Source of the DNA: Octopus sinensis
Lineage: Eukaryota
Length of the DNA stretch: 64,000 nt
Reading direction: 5' to 3'
Assembly: GCF_006345805.1 (NCBI RefSeq)
Contig: NC_042998.1
Location: 129,580,001-129,644,000 of the forward strand
Shown here: in pieces, positions 45,293 through 57,018 of the stretch
Layout: the number at the start of each line of letters is the position of its first letter
Position numbering within the stretch: the stretch's first letter is position 1
Program-made: the position numbers and the translations under genes
The notes under the pieces: model-generated
The model's database searches: none
Seen by the model: only the letters and a program-made list of their open reading frames with translations
What the model was told of the DNA's origin: nothing

Positions 45293-45650
45293 TTATCACC
45301 TCTGCCTTAGCGAAAGCGGAGGTATTGTTTTCAACTTTTGGAATTTGTTTGTCCGTGGACAGATATCTCAAGAACCGAGGTATGGATTCGAATGAAACTT
45401 TCAGGAATGTTTGGCCTCTTGATTAGCACGAACTGATTAAATTTTGAGATCGATCCGGTAGCGGAAAAGGATTCTGAATTATTTTTCCGGTTTTTAAACT
45501 TAATTTTTGGGAGCAGTCGGGTTCATTTTAAGTATTCTTGTTTGTGAGAGCAGTCTAGTTTATTTCTGATAAAAATCATCTCCGGCTAAACGTTGAGAGG
45601 ACGTTGGTGTTACCTTGGCGGAGGATTGCACTCTGAGTGCTCTTGCTATT
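45293..45650 (+). mobile_element. Helentron-derived HINE/DINE-1-like element
   Basis: Subterminal inverted repeats 'cctctgccttag' and 'ccttggcggagg', a 5' hairpin, and a 3' stem-loop GCACT-CTG-AGTGC. Confidence 0.6.
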
Positions 45651-47204
45651 ATTGTTGTTGTTGCTTAGTACTCTTCTACAGCTACTAGGTAATTTTGTTC
45701 TATTACACATGAGGAGCTTCATCGGATGGTTCTAGTAACATTACCGTTACTTTGTTCAAATTTTTACTTCTGGGGGCAACAACTCTATGAGCAATCTTCC
45801 AATCCGCGTCACAATGTTGCAGATTCTGTGTGTTTGTGTGTGTGTGCGTGAGTGAAAGAGAGAGAGAGAGAGAGAGAGAGTGTGTGTGTGTATGTGTGTA
45901 TGAGGGCAACAAAGAGAGAGAGAGAGAGAAAGATAGGAGAGAGAGGAAAGTTAGAGATTTTTATTATCAACACTAAACCTGAAAACGAAGCCAGTTCTTC
46001 ATAGAAGTAAACTTATTACCTATTCCCAAAATAATAGCAGTATTTCTATGAACAAGACAATATCTTTATGGCTGATTAGTGGCTGTCCTGGTGTATCAGG
46101 CCACTGATACCCTCGGACTGCAATCAGTTGGTTACAGTTCATTGGCGAAATCGGAAGGAAATAGTCACACTTCAAAGAACAATTTCTGTTCATAATATTT
46201 ACCATTTCATTCTATACATTAACTTTAGTGCCAATATTTGAGTTACACACTTTAGTTTCCTTCACAAACAGCCCACATCATGAAATATTTAAATAGAATT
46301 TCAACTGCACACACATCACACTTTTAAAAATTGCTAAAAGCATAATAACACGAATAGTAAAAGTTTGTTCCATGATGCACACATCAAAAATAAATGCGCG
46401 TAGATCTAGATCATAAGCAGAGATAAAGTTGTCAAAGCTGTAATAATAATAAGTTGGTCCTGTGTATAACCAAAATGACAGACATAGAAAACAAAGTACA
46501 CACCGCTGAACTAAATATAACGCACATCAAAAGTACAAATAAGCCCCACCCCCATCGTGAGTGGTTGTTCTTAAGAAAGGTGGCCCACCGACCAATCCTT
46601 AAGAATGAAGTATGATAGCCTGTAAACAAATAATGTATTTTCAATTGTGCTAAGAAACAACACAAACGGGAACTCGTTAATTCCGAATGTCCGAAATTCT
46701 ATAAAAATAATTAGTATCGGGCATGAATTTATTGTGTGGCACAGCAAATATGCTCGATCGGATGACATGTAGAGTTTCTGGTTTACTGTATGCTGTATGT
46801 TCTATGCCCATATAAACACCCCATGAAAAATACTAAAATAGACGAAATGACTAACTAGTAGGGTAACATTTCAACAAAGAAAGATATGTGGGACCCTTTC
46901 TTTAAAAAAGCACACCTACGCCTTTTGACAATGCCAATAAAAATTGGTTTTAGCATTCGATTTTTACAAACCATAAAAATATGTATCAAGGAATACAATA
47001 ACAAATCCATGTCGTATGAAGATATTTCGCTCTCTAGTTTCAAGAAGCCTGCTTATTATTTGATGAAAATGATGCTGTATCCGACTAAAGGATGCGAATA
47101 GAAATATGTATGTTTGAATATATCATACAGTAGACAGTTGAACAGTTATCCCCAGACATGGTACGGTAAATTACAACGGGGTAAATCTGTTTATTCCTTA
47201 ATGA

Positions 47205-47422
47205 TACTTTCTACTATAGGCACAAGGCGTGAAAGATTGTGGGAGGAGGAGAGTTGATTACAACTACTCCAGTGAGCAACTGCTACTCATTTTATCGTCC
47301 CCTAAATGATGAAAGGTAAAGTCAGCATCTATGGGATTTGAACTCAGAACGTAAAGGCGGATGGATAAAATGCCGCTAAACATTTTGCCCGGCGTGCTAT
47401 CGATTCTGCCGGCTCACCGTCT
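47205..47422 (-). mobile_element. SINE family A
   Basis: Reverse complement of family A. Confidence 0.6.
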
Positions 47423-47518
<96 letters not shown>

Positions 47519-47519
47519 T

Positions 47520-47990
47520 AATAATGGACAAGAAATTAGAAAACAATGGACCAGATATATCAATCATAGATAAGAACAAGCGAAGTTGCTTACATATCGA
47601 CCCATCATGCCCATTTGATTCCAGGATCATAAAGAGAGAGGAAGCAAAACAAAAGAATACAATCCCTTAAAATCTGAAATAGAAAGAATTTGGAGCATGC
47701 AAACAGTCAAGGTCGTACCTATAATATTTGGTGTGTTGGGAACAATAAACCAAGATATGAAGAAATGTCTGAAGGAGACTGAAATAGAATGCCCGACAGA
47801 GCTCCTACAGAAACTTTGTCTCTTAGGCGGTTCCTAAGCACTTGAAAGACTATTGAGCACTTATAAATACTTAAGGTTACAGATAGTAACCCTCTGTCCA
47901 CATAATCCCTACCGGGAATAAGACCAAGCCTGAGATAATACAGCATCGTGGGCATGATTGAGCATGAAGCAGGTAAGAACAAATATGCAA
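47520..47990 (+). mobile_element. R4/Dong-like REL endonuclease 3' fragment after (TAA)n
   Basis: KLENNGPDISIIDKNKRSCLHIDPSCPFD...LKSEIERIW...VPIIFGVLGT...LQKLCLLG. Confidence 0.7.
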
Positions 47991-48525
47991 GGCTTTTTTT
48001 TCTTCAAGTTTAAAATGCTACCTTCTTTTTGCTTAATTAATTAAATTAAAGACATACCAGCGAAAACGTCGAATTTCTCCTTGTTATTTACATACATTTT
48101 CTTCTCGTATATCATCTCTACTACGGTTTACCCACCGAACTACCTGCTACCGTACAACTTTACAAAGGACTGTACCTTTGGATTTAATTATCCCTTAGAG
48201 GTTTTGAACTCCTCTAACTGATACCTACAAAGAGAACGGTAGAGTGATTGGTGTAGACATGGCCGTGGGATAAGAAGTTTGTTTCCGGGTTCAGTCCCAC
48301 TCGGTAGCACTTCAGTTATCTTTCTTCTTCGGTAGCCCCAGGTTAATCAAAACCTTGTGAACGTATTTGATAGACAGAAAATAATATATATATATATAAT
48401 GGGGGAGGCCGGTGTAACACCATAAACCGGCTTCCCCATTATAATATTAACTGCTCTACATCTTACAGTGTGCTTCTTCGGATTTACGTTATATATCTGT
48501 CTGTCTACACACACACACACACCAC

Positions 48526-48573
<48 letters not shown>

Positions 48574-48954
48574 TATATATATATATAATATATATATATA
48601 CATACATATATATACATATATATACACACATAACGTATATGTATGCATGTATATTATCACGATGCCTCGGACTCTTTTTCAGATGAGTTATCACTGTAAC
48701 AGATAGTAAGTGGCGACGTATATATCTTATTTAGCATGCATATTTCATTAATGGAACATTCGGTCAAACTCTTTGAAGCCTGTAAAGAATTGCAGATAAG
48801 ATCAGTGTTTCAGTCCTTCGCATAAACCATTCTCTTCATTACTTTGCATTTATAGCGTGAAACTCACGAACCAATAAAATCTAATAAGATTCATATTTAT
48901 TGCTTTTAGCATTTCTTTTCATCTTTTTGATTTTCCAACCTTTCCTTCCTTCCG

Positions 48955-49500
<546 letters not shown>

Positions 49501-49879
49501 TCAGGAGTATGTGTAAGTACAAGTTTGTTTTCTTGAAAAGACTAATGTATAAAATGTATAGAGAAGAAAAAATTGTAACACTTTGAAATTGCACTCGAAT
49601 GTATTCCAAAAAATATCTAATGTACATGATAAAACGTACATAACTGACGTTATTAAGAGCATTTATGTTGAATGCTACAAAAATATTTCAAAGCTAATAT
49701 ACAGTCAGAAGAGAAGTCAAATATCAATGAGCAACCAATGAAACAGAGGGAGAAGATAGAAGAAAATGAATACACACATACACACACAAACACACACACA
49801 AAGAAGCGCGCATACGCACATGCACCCGCACAAAAACAGTCTGATAGTATCATAGTAACGACCAGAGCACCAGATACTG

Positions 49880-50310
49880 TTAGACACCGCTGATCACAAT
49901 GTGCTTCCAGTTTCGTTTTGATTGCGGCATTCTTTTCCATCGTGATCAATATGGGTTGACTGAATTTTCTTCACATCTTCTCGGTGGCCTTCCAGTGGCC
50001 GTTTCTCATCTCTCGGATGATACTCGGCAACTGCGCGGGACCACTTGTAGCCTGTGAAGCTTGCAACATGTCTGGCCCGACCGAAATTGTGCTGTCGATA
50101 CTCTGCTTGAATTTTCTCATTTCGAATGTGGTCTGTCAGTAATGTATCTAACACGGATCTTTCCATGATCCTTTGCATCATACCCAATTGATGTTCTACC
50201 CAATTTGTAGTAACCCATATCTCACTTGCGTATAAGAACACGGGTAGGACGGTGCCATTGAAGAGTCTGTCTTGTATGGTATTAACCAGCTTTCTATGAA
50301 ACGAACACAA
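49880..50310 (-). pseudogene. RTE-clade LINE C-terminal fragment
   Basis: LFNGTVLPVFLYASEIW...MQRIMERSVL...HIRNEKI...WSRAVAEYHPRDEKRP. Confidence 0.75.
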
Positions 50311-50720
50311 GCTCCCTCTGTCTACTGCTTTTGTTGATTACAAAAAGGTCCTCGATAACTTCGAAATGATGGGAATTATGGATTCACAACAGATATAGCT
50401 CTGGTATCACCACCAGTAGAGTTTCCTATTGAGAAGGGTGTCAAGCATCGAAATATGGCTCCATAGCACTTTATCTCATGTCAAGAAATGTTCATCATGG
50501 ACATTAACTGGAAAGATGGGCTGTACATCAATGGCAAACTACTATTACACATCTGATTTGCAGATGAGATTGTACTCATCGCTGAAATTACAGACAAGAT
50601 GGAGACAATGTTGACGGAGCTGAACACACAGAGCTTAGCAATAGGTGTTAAAATGAACACACGGAAACAAAATATATGCGGTCGGAAGACATTGCACAAG
50701 GTCGAAAAGAGTGGCAAATT
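50311..50720 (+). pseudogene. RTE RT core fragment, inverted relative to 49880-50310
   Basis: AFVDYKK, then GLYINGKLLHI*FADEIVLIA...GVKMN. Confidence 0.7.
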
Positions 50721-50724
50721 ACAG

Positions 50725-51901
50725 CTCTGAATTAATTGTGGTTTCTGATTTACAGGTGTTTGAACCGAGTCAAGTGTGAAATGGAGCCTGTTGAGTGTCG
50801 AGCAGTGATCCGGTTTTTGTATTTGAAAGGGCGCACACCACGGGAGACTTTTGATGAAATGAAAGTAACTTATGGTGATGATGCCCCATCATATGACCTT
50901 GTAAAACGCTGGCATCGTGAATTCAAACATGGTCGGAACTCTGTGGAAACAGCTCCCAGATCTGGTCGCCCCTTCTGCCATTGATGAGGCATCTGTCTGT
51001 CAAGTTGAGGCTGCCATTTTGCAAGATCGACGCGTAATTATTCGCCAAATAGCCCATGAGGTCAAGATTAGTACCGGGTCTGTGGAAACTATCATTCATG
51101 ACCATTTGCATATGCAAAAGGTGTCTGTCAGATGGATTCCCAGGTTGCTCACACCTTTCCAGAAGCAAGAACGCGTCGAGTGCTCGAGGGTGAATTTGGA
51201 GATGTGCCAAGAAGATGAGTGAAAATTTTTCAAAAGACTGATTACACAGGATGAAACCTGGGTCCATCACGATGATCCAGAGACCAAAGCCCAGTCAATG
51301 CAGTGGAAGCACCGTGACTCACCCCCTCCAAAGAAGGCAAGGGTGCAGCCCTCCGCTGGCAAGGTCATGCTCACAGTCTTCTGGGACCAGGACGGAGTAG
51401 TGATGACAGATTTCCTGGCAAAGGGTAACACAATTGTAGGAGCCTATTATGCTTCACTTTTGAGGAAATTAAGAGAAGTTATCACAATCAAGAGGCGTGG
51501 CAAGATCAGCAAAGGCATCCTCCTCCTGCAGGACAACGCTCCGGTCCACAACTCGCTTGTCGCCAGATCAGAAGCACAGGCGTATGGCTATGAACTCCTC
51601 CCCCACCCCCTACTTTCCTGACCTTGCACCCTCTGATTTTCACCTCTTCCCAGTCATGAAGTTGTTTTTGAAAGCAAAGCGTTTCCCAGATGATGCAGCC
51701 TTGATTTCTGAAGTCACGTTGAGGTTGGAGGACCAAGCTGGGGTCTTCTACAAAAACGGTCTCCAGAGCTGCATCAAGCAATGGGACAAATGCGTAACTC
51801 TGGGTGGTTCCTATGTAGAAACAGACTAATAACTGTGCCAAGTTTGGTTGCTCTACTGCTATGGGAAGTGGGTCAGGGGCATTACTTATTGAACGCCCCT
51901 C

Positions 51902-51902
<1 letters not shown>
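50725..51902 (+). mobile_element. Mariner (D34D) transposon; right TIR and TA present, left TIR absent
   Basis: Right end 'ttacttattgaacgcccctcg|TA'. No inverse copy was seen upstream. Confidence 0.9.
50736..51829 (+). pseudogene. Mariner transposase with two frameshifts and one stop
   Basis: HTH region, WIPRLL, ITQDETW, QDNAPVH, YxPDLAPSDFHLF. There are 34 residues between the second and third catalytic Asp after frame repair. Confidence 0.9.
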
Positions 51903-51967
<65 letters not shown>

Positions 51968-53059
51968 CCCCGTCATACCCCGTAAATTACAAATCAAACC
52001 CATCTCGGAAGAACCAGAAGAACAAAGAAAACTTAGAGAAAAAATGTCATTAGAAAAAATGAAGATGGAAATCGAACTACTTAAGCTGAGAGCTAAAACG
52101 AATGAAGAAAAAGTAAAAACCATAGACGAGGAAATCAACGAAGAAGTCATCAAACTAATAGACGACAACAATACTGAAACATTACCAGCACTATGGAATG
52201 AAGAATGTGAAAAAGAGGAACTTAAGTCCCTCCAACGATGGGAAAAGAGCGCCATCTGGTTTCTAGATTATGAAACCAACTTCAAAAATGAACACATATC
52301 CAACAACCCCTTCATAAAATAAGCAAATCAAAACCAAATACCAATAGAACGGGACAACCACCAAGAAATCCTACCACACTCTACACCAGAAAAGTACACC
52401 TAAAACACACCCCACACTACCTACACCAACCCCAAAACACCTACAGAGGCCCACCACACCAGTTCGAAAATAGACATACCAACAGAGCAGAACAACCACC
52501 AAGAAATCCAAACACACTCTACACCAGAAAAATGCATTTAAAACGCACCCCACACTACCTACACCAACCCCAAAACACTTATAGGGTCCCACCACACCAT
52601 TCCACGAACCTAAGAGCCACAACATACAATACTATAAAATACAACCCACATAACCAAACCAAAACGCTACTACCAACATCCACCCCAGGAACCAACCATA
52701 CAACCATAACAAACAACAAATGCACTACGGAGGAAACAACTACCAACACAATATACCTGAGGAACTAAGACGTAACACTAGATTCAACAACAGACTCCAG
52801 AACAGAGCACCACAAACTCACTCTGACAATTATAACAACATGAGACAGATAAATAATAGCTTTGAACATAACTACACCAACCATTTTTTAGACCCCACAC
52901 ACAGGAACAGGGACACACGATGGCAAAGGACAAACAAAAGAAACCTCAGGTAATTAAGATAATCAATCTCTCAAACAAAGAACTTACACCTAACGAAATA
53001 AGCATACTCTCCAAAGGACTTAAATTTACACCCACCCCACAACGTTCTAATTATTATGA

Positions 53060-55212
53060 ATGAAAGATGATATTTCGGAATTTTGCAGAAAACTAAGACT
53101 CACCGAGGCATTTCAAGACAAACAAATAGAGGAGGACTCAATAGCTAGAAACAAGAGCAATTACACCCCCACCAAAGGTAAGAATAAAGCCTTAGACCGC
53201 TATTGTGACTACATAACCAATTTCCCGTTTCAATTCATCAAGAAACAAAAACACAGCCCTAACTTCAACAAAAGAGAATGGAACGACCTCATCAAACTAA
53301 GAGAAGACAAAACAATAACAATTAAGGAGGCAGATAAGGGCAACGCGATAGTAATAATGAATACAAACAATTATAAAAATTTAGTGCTATCCATATTAAG
53401 AGATGAAACGTATTATGAAAGGGCCCAACAGTATAACCAGCAAAAAATAATGCATAACCTTAGGACATTAATCAACACATACCAAGAAGGACTCACGAAC
53501 AAGGAGTATGAATACATCACTAACTTCAAATGCAAATCGAGTTTGTTCTATGGTATCCCTAAGGTACACAAAAGCCAAACCATTAGAGAAACGTGCAAAA
53601 CATCCACCGACACACTCATCAAAATCCCTTCACCAAATGATCTTAAACTAAGACCGATAATAGCAGAGCCAGCATGTGAAACTCACCGCCTCAGCAATTT
53701 CTTAGACACACTTCTTAAACCTTTCCTAAAACACATCAAAAGCTACGTAAGAGACGATATAGATATGCTCAACCACCTCCCTAAAATAGTCAATGAGAAA
53801 ACCCTTCTAGTATCATTCGACGTAGTTAATCTTTATTCTAACATCCCTCACAACCTAGGAATAGAAGCGATTACCTTCTGGCTGAATAACTACCCCTTTG
53901 AACTCCCAACTCGCATAAACAAAGACCTTATAATAGAAGGACTTAGATTCATTTTAGAGAACAATTATTTTATTTTTGACAATGATTTCTACAGGCAAAG
54001 ATCGGGAACAGCGATGGGCACGCGTACTGCACCATCTTTTGCCAACCTAGTGATGGGATACCTCGAGAAAATACTATACCGGATGACACTCGAGAAATAT
54101 GGAAACACCTTCGCCACCTATATCCATAACAACTGGAAAAGATACCTCGATGACTGTTTCATCATCTGGGACAAAGGCATAGAGAAACTTGAGGAATTTA
54201 AAATTCTATTAAATGGAATAAATGACAATATACAATTCACGATGGACCACAACGAAAAAGAATTACCATTTTTAGACATCCTCATTAAGAAAACCGGCAA
54301 CAAAATAGAGACAGATATCTACTATAAACCGACAGACTCTAAACAGTACCTACCCTTTGATTCATGCCACCCACGACACACTAGAATGAATGTCTCTTTT
54401 TGTTTAGCTGGAAGGATTTGCACCATAATATCAGACACAAACACCCGACACACACGTCTCCAGGAACTTAGAACCACACTCACAAATAGAAACTATCCAC
54501 AGCCCCTAATAGACAGTGCAATCCAACGGGTACTTAATTAAGTATAGAAGACCTGAGACAAACAAAACCAAAAAGAAAGAACAATTAATAACCCTTCCCT
54601 ACATCTCTACACACAACCCACTCAACAATGAGGCCTTCAACACCATACTACAAAGCACAGCCCTACTAAAGGGAGACCCAAAGATGAACCGGATCCTCGA
54701 AACACACACCATCATTAAAAGTAAACGGCAACCAAAATCCTTGAAAGGATTTTAACCCAAGCTACACTGCACTCAACATCAACCACAAAACCAGCAGTTA
54801 GAAAATGTGGAAGGCCCAACTGCGGAATCTGTGTCATCTTGAAAGAAGGATCAGAATTATACTGGAACAAGGCCACCAGTTCACCATTAGAACAAACTTC
54901 ACCTGCGCATCAGAAAACTTAATTTACGTCATAACATGCGCAGGCTGCAATAGGCAGTATATAGGCCATACAAAAAATAGCTTACGTAACAGGATGGCGG
55001 TGCATAAATCACAAATTAGAAACCCTGATTACCGCAAAATACCGGTCAGCGGACACATAGATAGATGTGCTGGAAATGTAAATCCGAAATTTACAACTAA
55101 TCCGCTCTATAAATTCAGTGACAACGCAACCTTCACACAACGCCAAAATAAAGAACTATATTTCATAAAAAAATTTAGACCAAGTTTAAACACCCTGGGC
55201 CAGGAATACTAA
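53060..55212 (+). pseudogene. PLE-A reverse transcriptase plus GIY-YIG endonuclease (frameshifted as assembled)
   Basis: ADKGNAIV, LRPII, SFDVVNLYSNIP, GTAMGT, KRYLDDCF, KCGRPNCGIC, NLIYVITC..C...YIGHT...RMAVH. Confidence 0.92.
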
Positions 55213-55380
55213 AACAAAAGATAAGTCCTCCGAAAAGGAGAACCAAATTTCACCACGGCCGCTACTTCAAACAGACACTCACTCTGACGGAAATATGCCT
55301 TAGTAAAAAAGGAAAAAAATTCTTTCGTGCAAATCTGACCCTGATACATACGATACAGCTAAGGGTCAGACCCGATTCTG

Positions 55381-55844
55381 ATTGGTCAACAAGTTGATGA
55401 CGTCTAGCTCTGCTAGAATGGACAGGATACAAACAGGGGACAGTCATTAGTCAGAATATTGATGACGTCCTTTTCTGCTTGAATAGTCACCTAACAAGTA
55501 CAGACAGGGGGCAGATCTAATGTAGCTTTAAGTCGTGATTGGGCAGAATCTGGATGACGTCCGGCTCTGCTTGACTAACGAAGCGACTGGTCAAAACAGG
55601 AAACAAACAAGAGGCAGATATAATGCAGCGATTGGTCAAAATAATGATGACGTCCCGTTCTACTTGACTAACGAAGCGACTGGTCAAAACAGGAAACAAA
55701 CAAGAGGGAGTTATAATGCAGCGATTGGTCAAAATAATGATGACGTCCCGTTCTACTTGATTAAAGCCACCTAACGAAACGATTGGTCAAAACATTGATG
55801 ACGTCACGCTACGCTAGATTGACCACCTAACAGGCATTATAAAA
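55381..55844 (+). promoter_or_regulatory. PLE-A pLTR promoter: six ATTGG-N12-TGACGTC modules plus TATAAAA
   Basis: ATTGG (one ATTAG) at 55381, 55446, 55538, 55631, 55724 and 55782, each exactly 12 nt before TGACGTC. TATA at 55838. Confidence 0.6.
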
Positions 55845-56150
55845 CCGAGCATTTCACAAAAACTCACTAGAACCACCCAGAGAACTTCCACCATGGGTCA
55901 TCACAATTGCTTAAGGTAAAAATGAATTCCTCGCTCTTTCGGAAATATCAATCTTCTGTATTGACCGCTTTCCACCACTTTGATCTGTTTTTTGTATTGA
56001 ATACGTATCGCCACCGTGGGCCACTGCATCGAACACTTTGAACATATACTTCAAACTATATATCAACTATACATGAACTCTAAGATGTCTGACTCCGTTG
56101 TGTATTATAAATGAATTTCTTGTGTTTGACGGCATGAGCTGTCTTTTTTA

Positions 56151-56204
56151 TATTATAACTTTTTTTGATAAGGTTCATTTCAGGAACTGAAACATGTTAT
56201 AATG
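56151..56204 (+). ncRNA. Hammerhead-like motif in the PLE-A pLTR (U3:A8 core, weak or displaced stem I)
   Basis: TTGATAA-GGTTC/ATTTCAG/GAACT-GAAA-CAT-GTT^-ATAATG with palindromic ACATGT stem III. Confidence 0.45.
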
Positions 56205-56259
56205 TATATATAAAAATTAAAAATTGTATAATACAGCAGCATTTTCGAACTTCGTTTTT

Positions 56260-56317
<58 letters not shown>

Positions 56318-56479
56318 GTGTGTGTGATTGTGTATAGAAGAATATATTAATAAAAAGAATTCCAACCTTGTCTGATTTTCACGTTTTATTTACAGTCTTA
56401 TAATGATATATTATAAGATAATATATTATAATTGAATAAAATAAAGTGAAATAGTAGAATGTTAAATATTCATTCTGAT

Positions 56480-56524
56480 TGAACTAGTACTTTCATGCAT
56501 TGAATTCTGCAATCTTCGGGTTCA
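56480..56524 (-). ncRNA. Type-I hammerhead ribozyme in the PLE-B 3' pLTR (CCGAAGA core)
   Basis: TGAAC-CCGAAGA-T-TGCA/GAATTCAA/TGCA-T-GAAA-GTAC-TA^-GTTCA. It has a perfect 5-bp stem I and palindromic AGTACT stem III. Confidence 0.7.
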
Positions 56525-57018
56525 TGTAGTAGTGTTGACAGTCATGCTTCACAATTTTTGACTGTAGCAAGATGATTGATTCTGTGCTATAAATACAGCT
56601 GGGAGAGGCTCCAGAGTGCTAGGTTTTGCAAACTGTATTCTGACCAATCAGTGTGTAGTATCACTCAATTACTTAAGCTGATTGGTTGGTTGAGCTGATT
56701 GGTTTAGGCATCACGCTTTGTTGGACATGTCAAGAGTCCTGTATCTTGACCCTGGCCGAAGCAGCAATTGTTGGGTTATTTTTAGAAATGTTGTAAATAT
56801 CCTTTGTCAGAGATTTTTATATTTTTATATTTCAATTGTCATCATCATCATTGTCAGCACCTTAATTATTGTTGCTAGTGGTGATGGTGGTGGCAATAGA
56901 ACTTTTAACACTAAATAAGATAATTTTCCTGCTATCTTCATCTTGATCACCTTAGTATTGTTGTTGTTGTTAGTGGTCATGGTCGTAGCAGTGGAAGTAA
57001 TACCTCTAAGTATTATTA

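Larger units (their letters stand above)
51968..56264 (+). mobile_element. PLE-A: Penelope-like (Neptune-type) retroelement, 5'-truncated, with a long 3' pLTR; (TA)n at both ends
   Basis: N-terminal domain, RT, Cys-motif linker, GIY-YIG, promoter array and HHR-like motif. Confidence 0.9.

Noticed and set aside
51506-52255. 249-aa minus-strand ORF (also 60024-60563 on +)
   Set aside because: These are antisense shadows of transposon coding sequence. The 51506-52255 ORF also runs through a TA tract.
55560-55760. CRISPR-like array
   Set aside because: These are 93-bp tandem units without unique spacers, inside a eukaryotic retroelement pLTR, with no cas genes.
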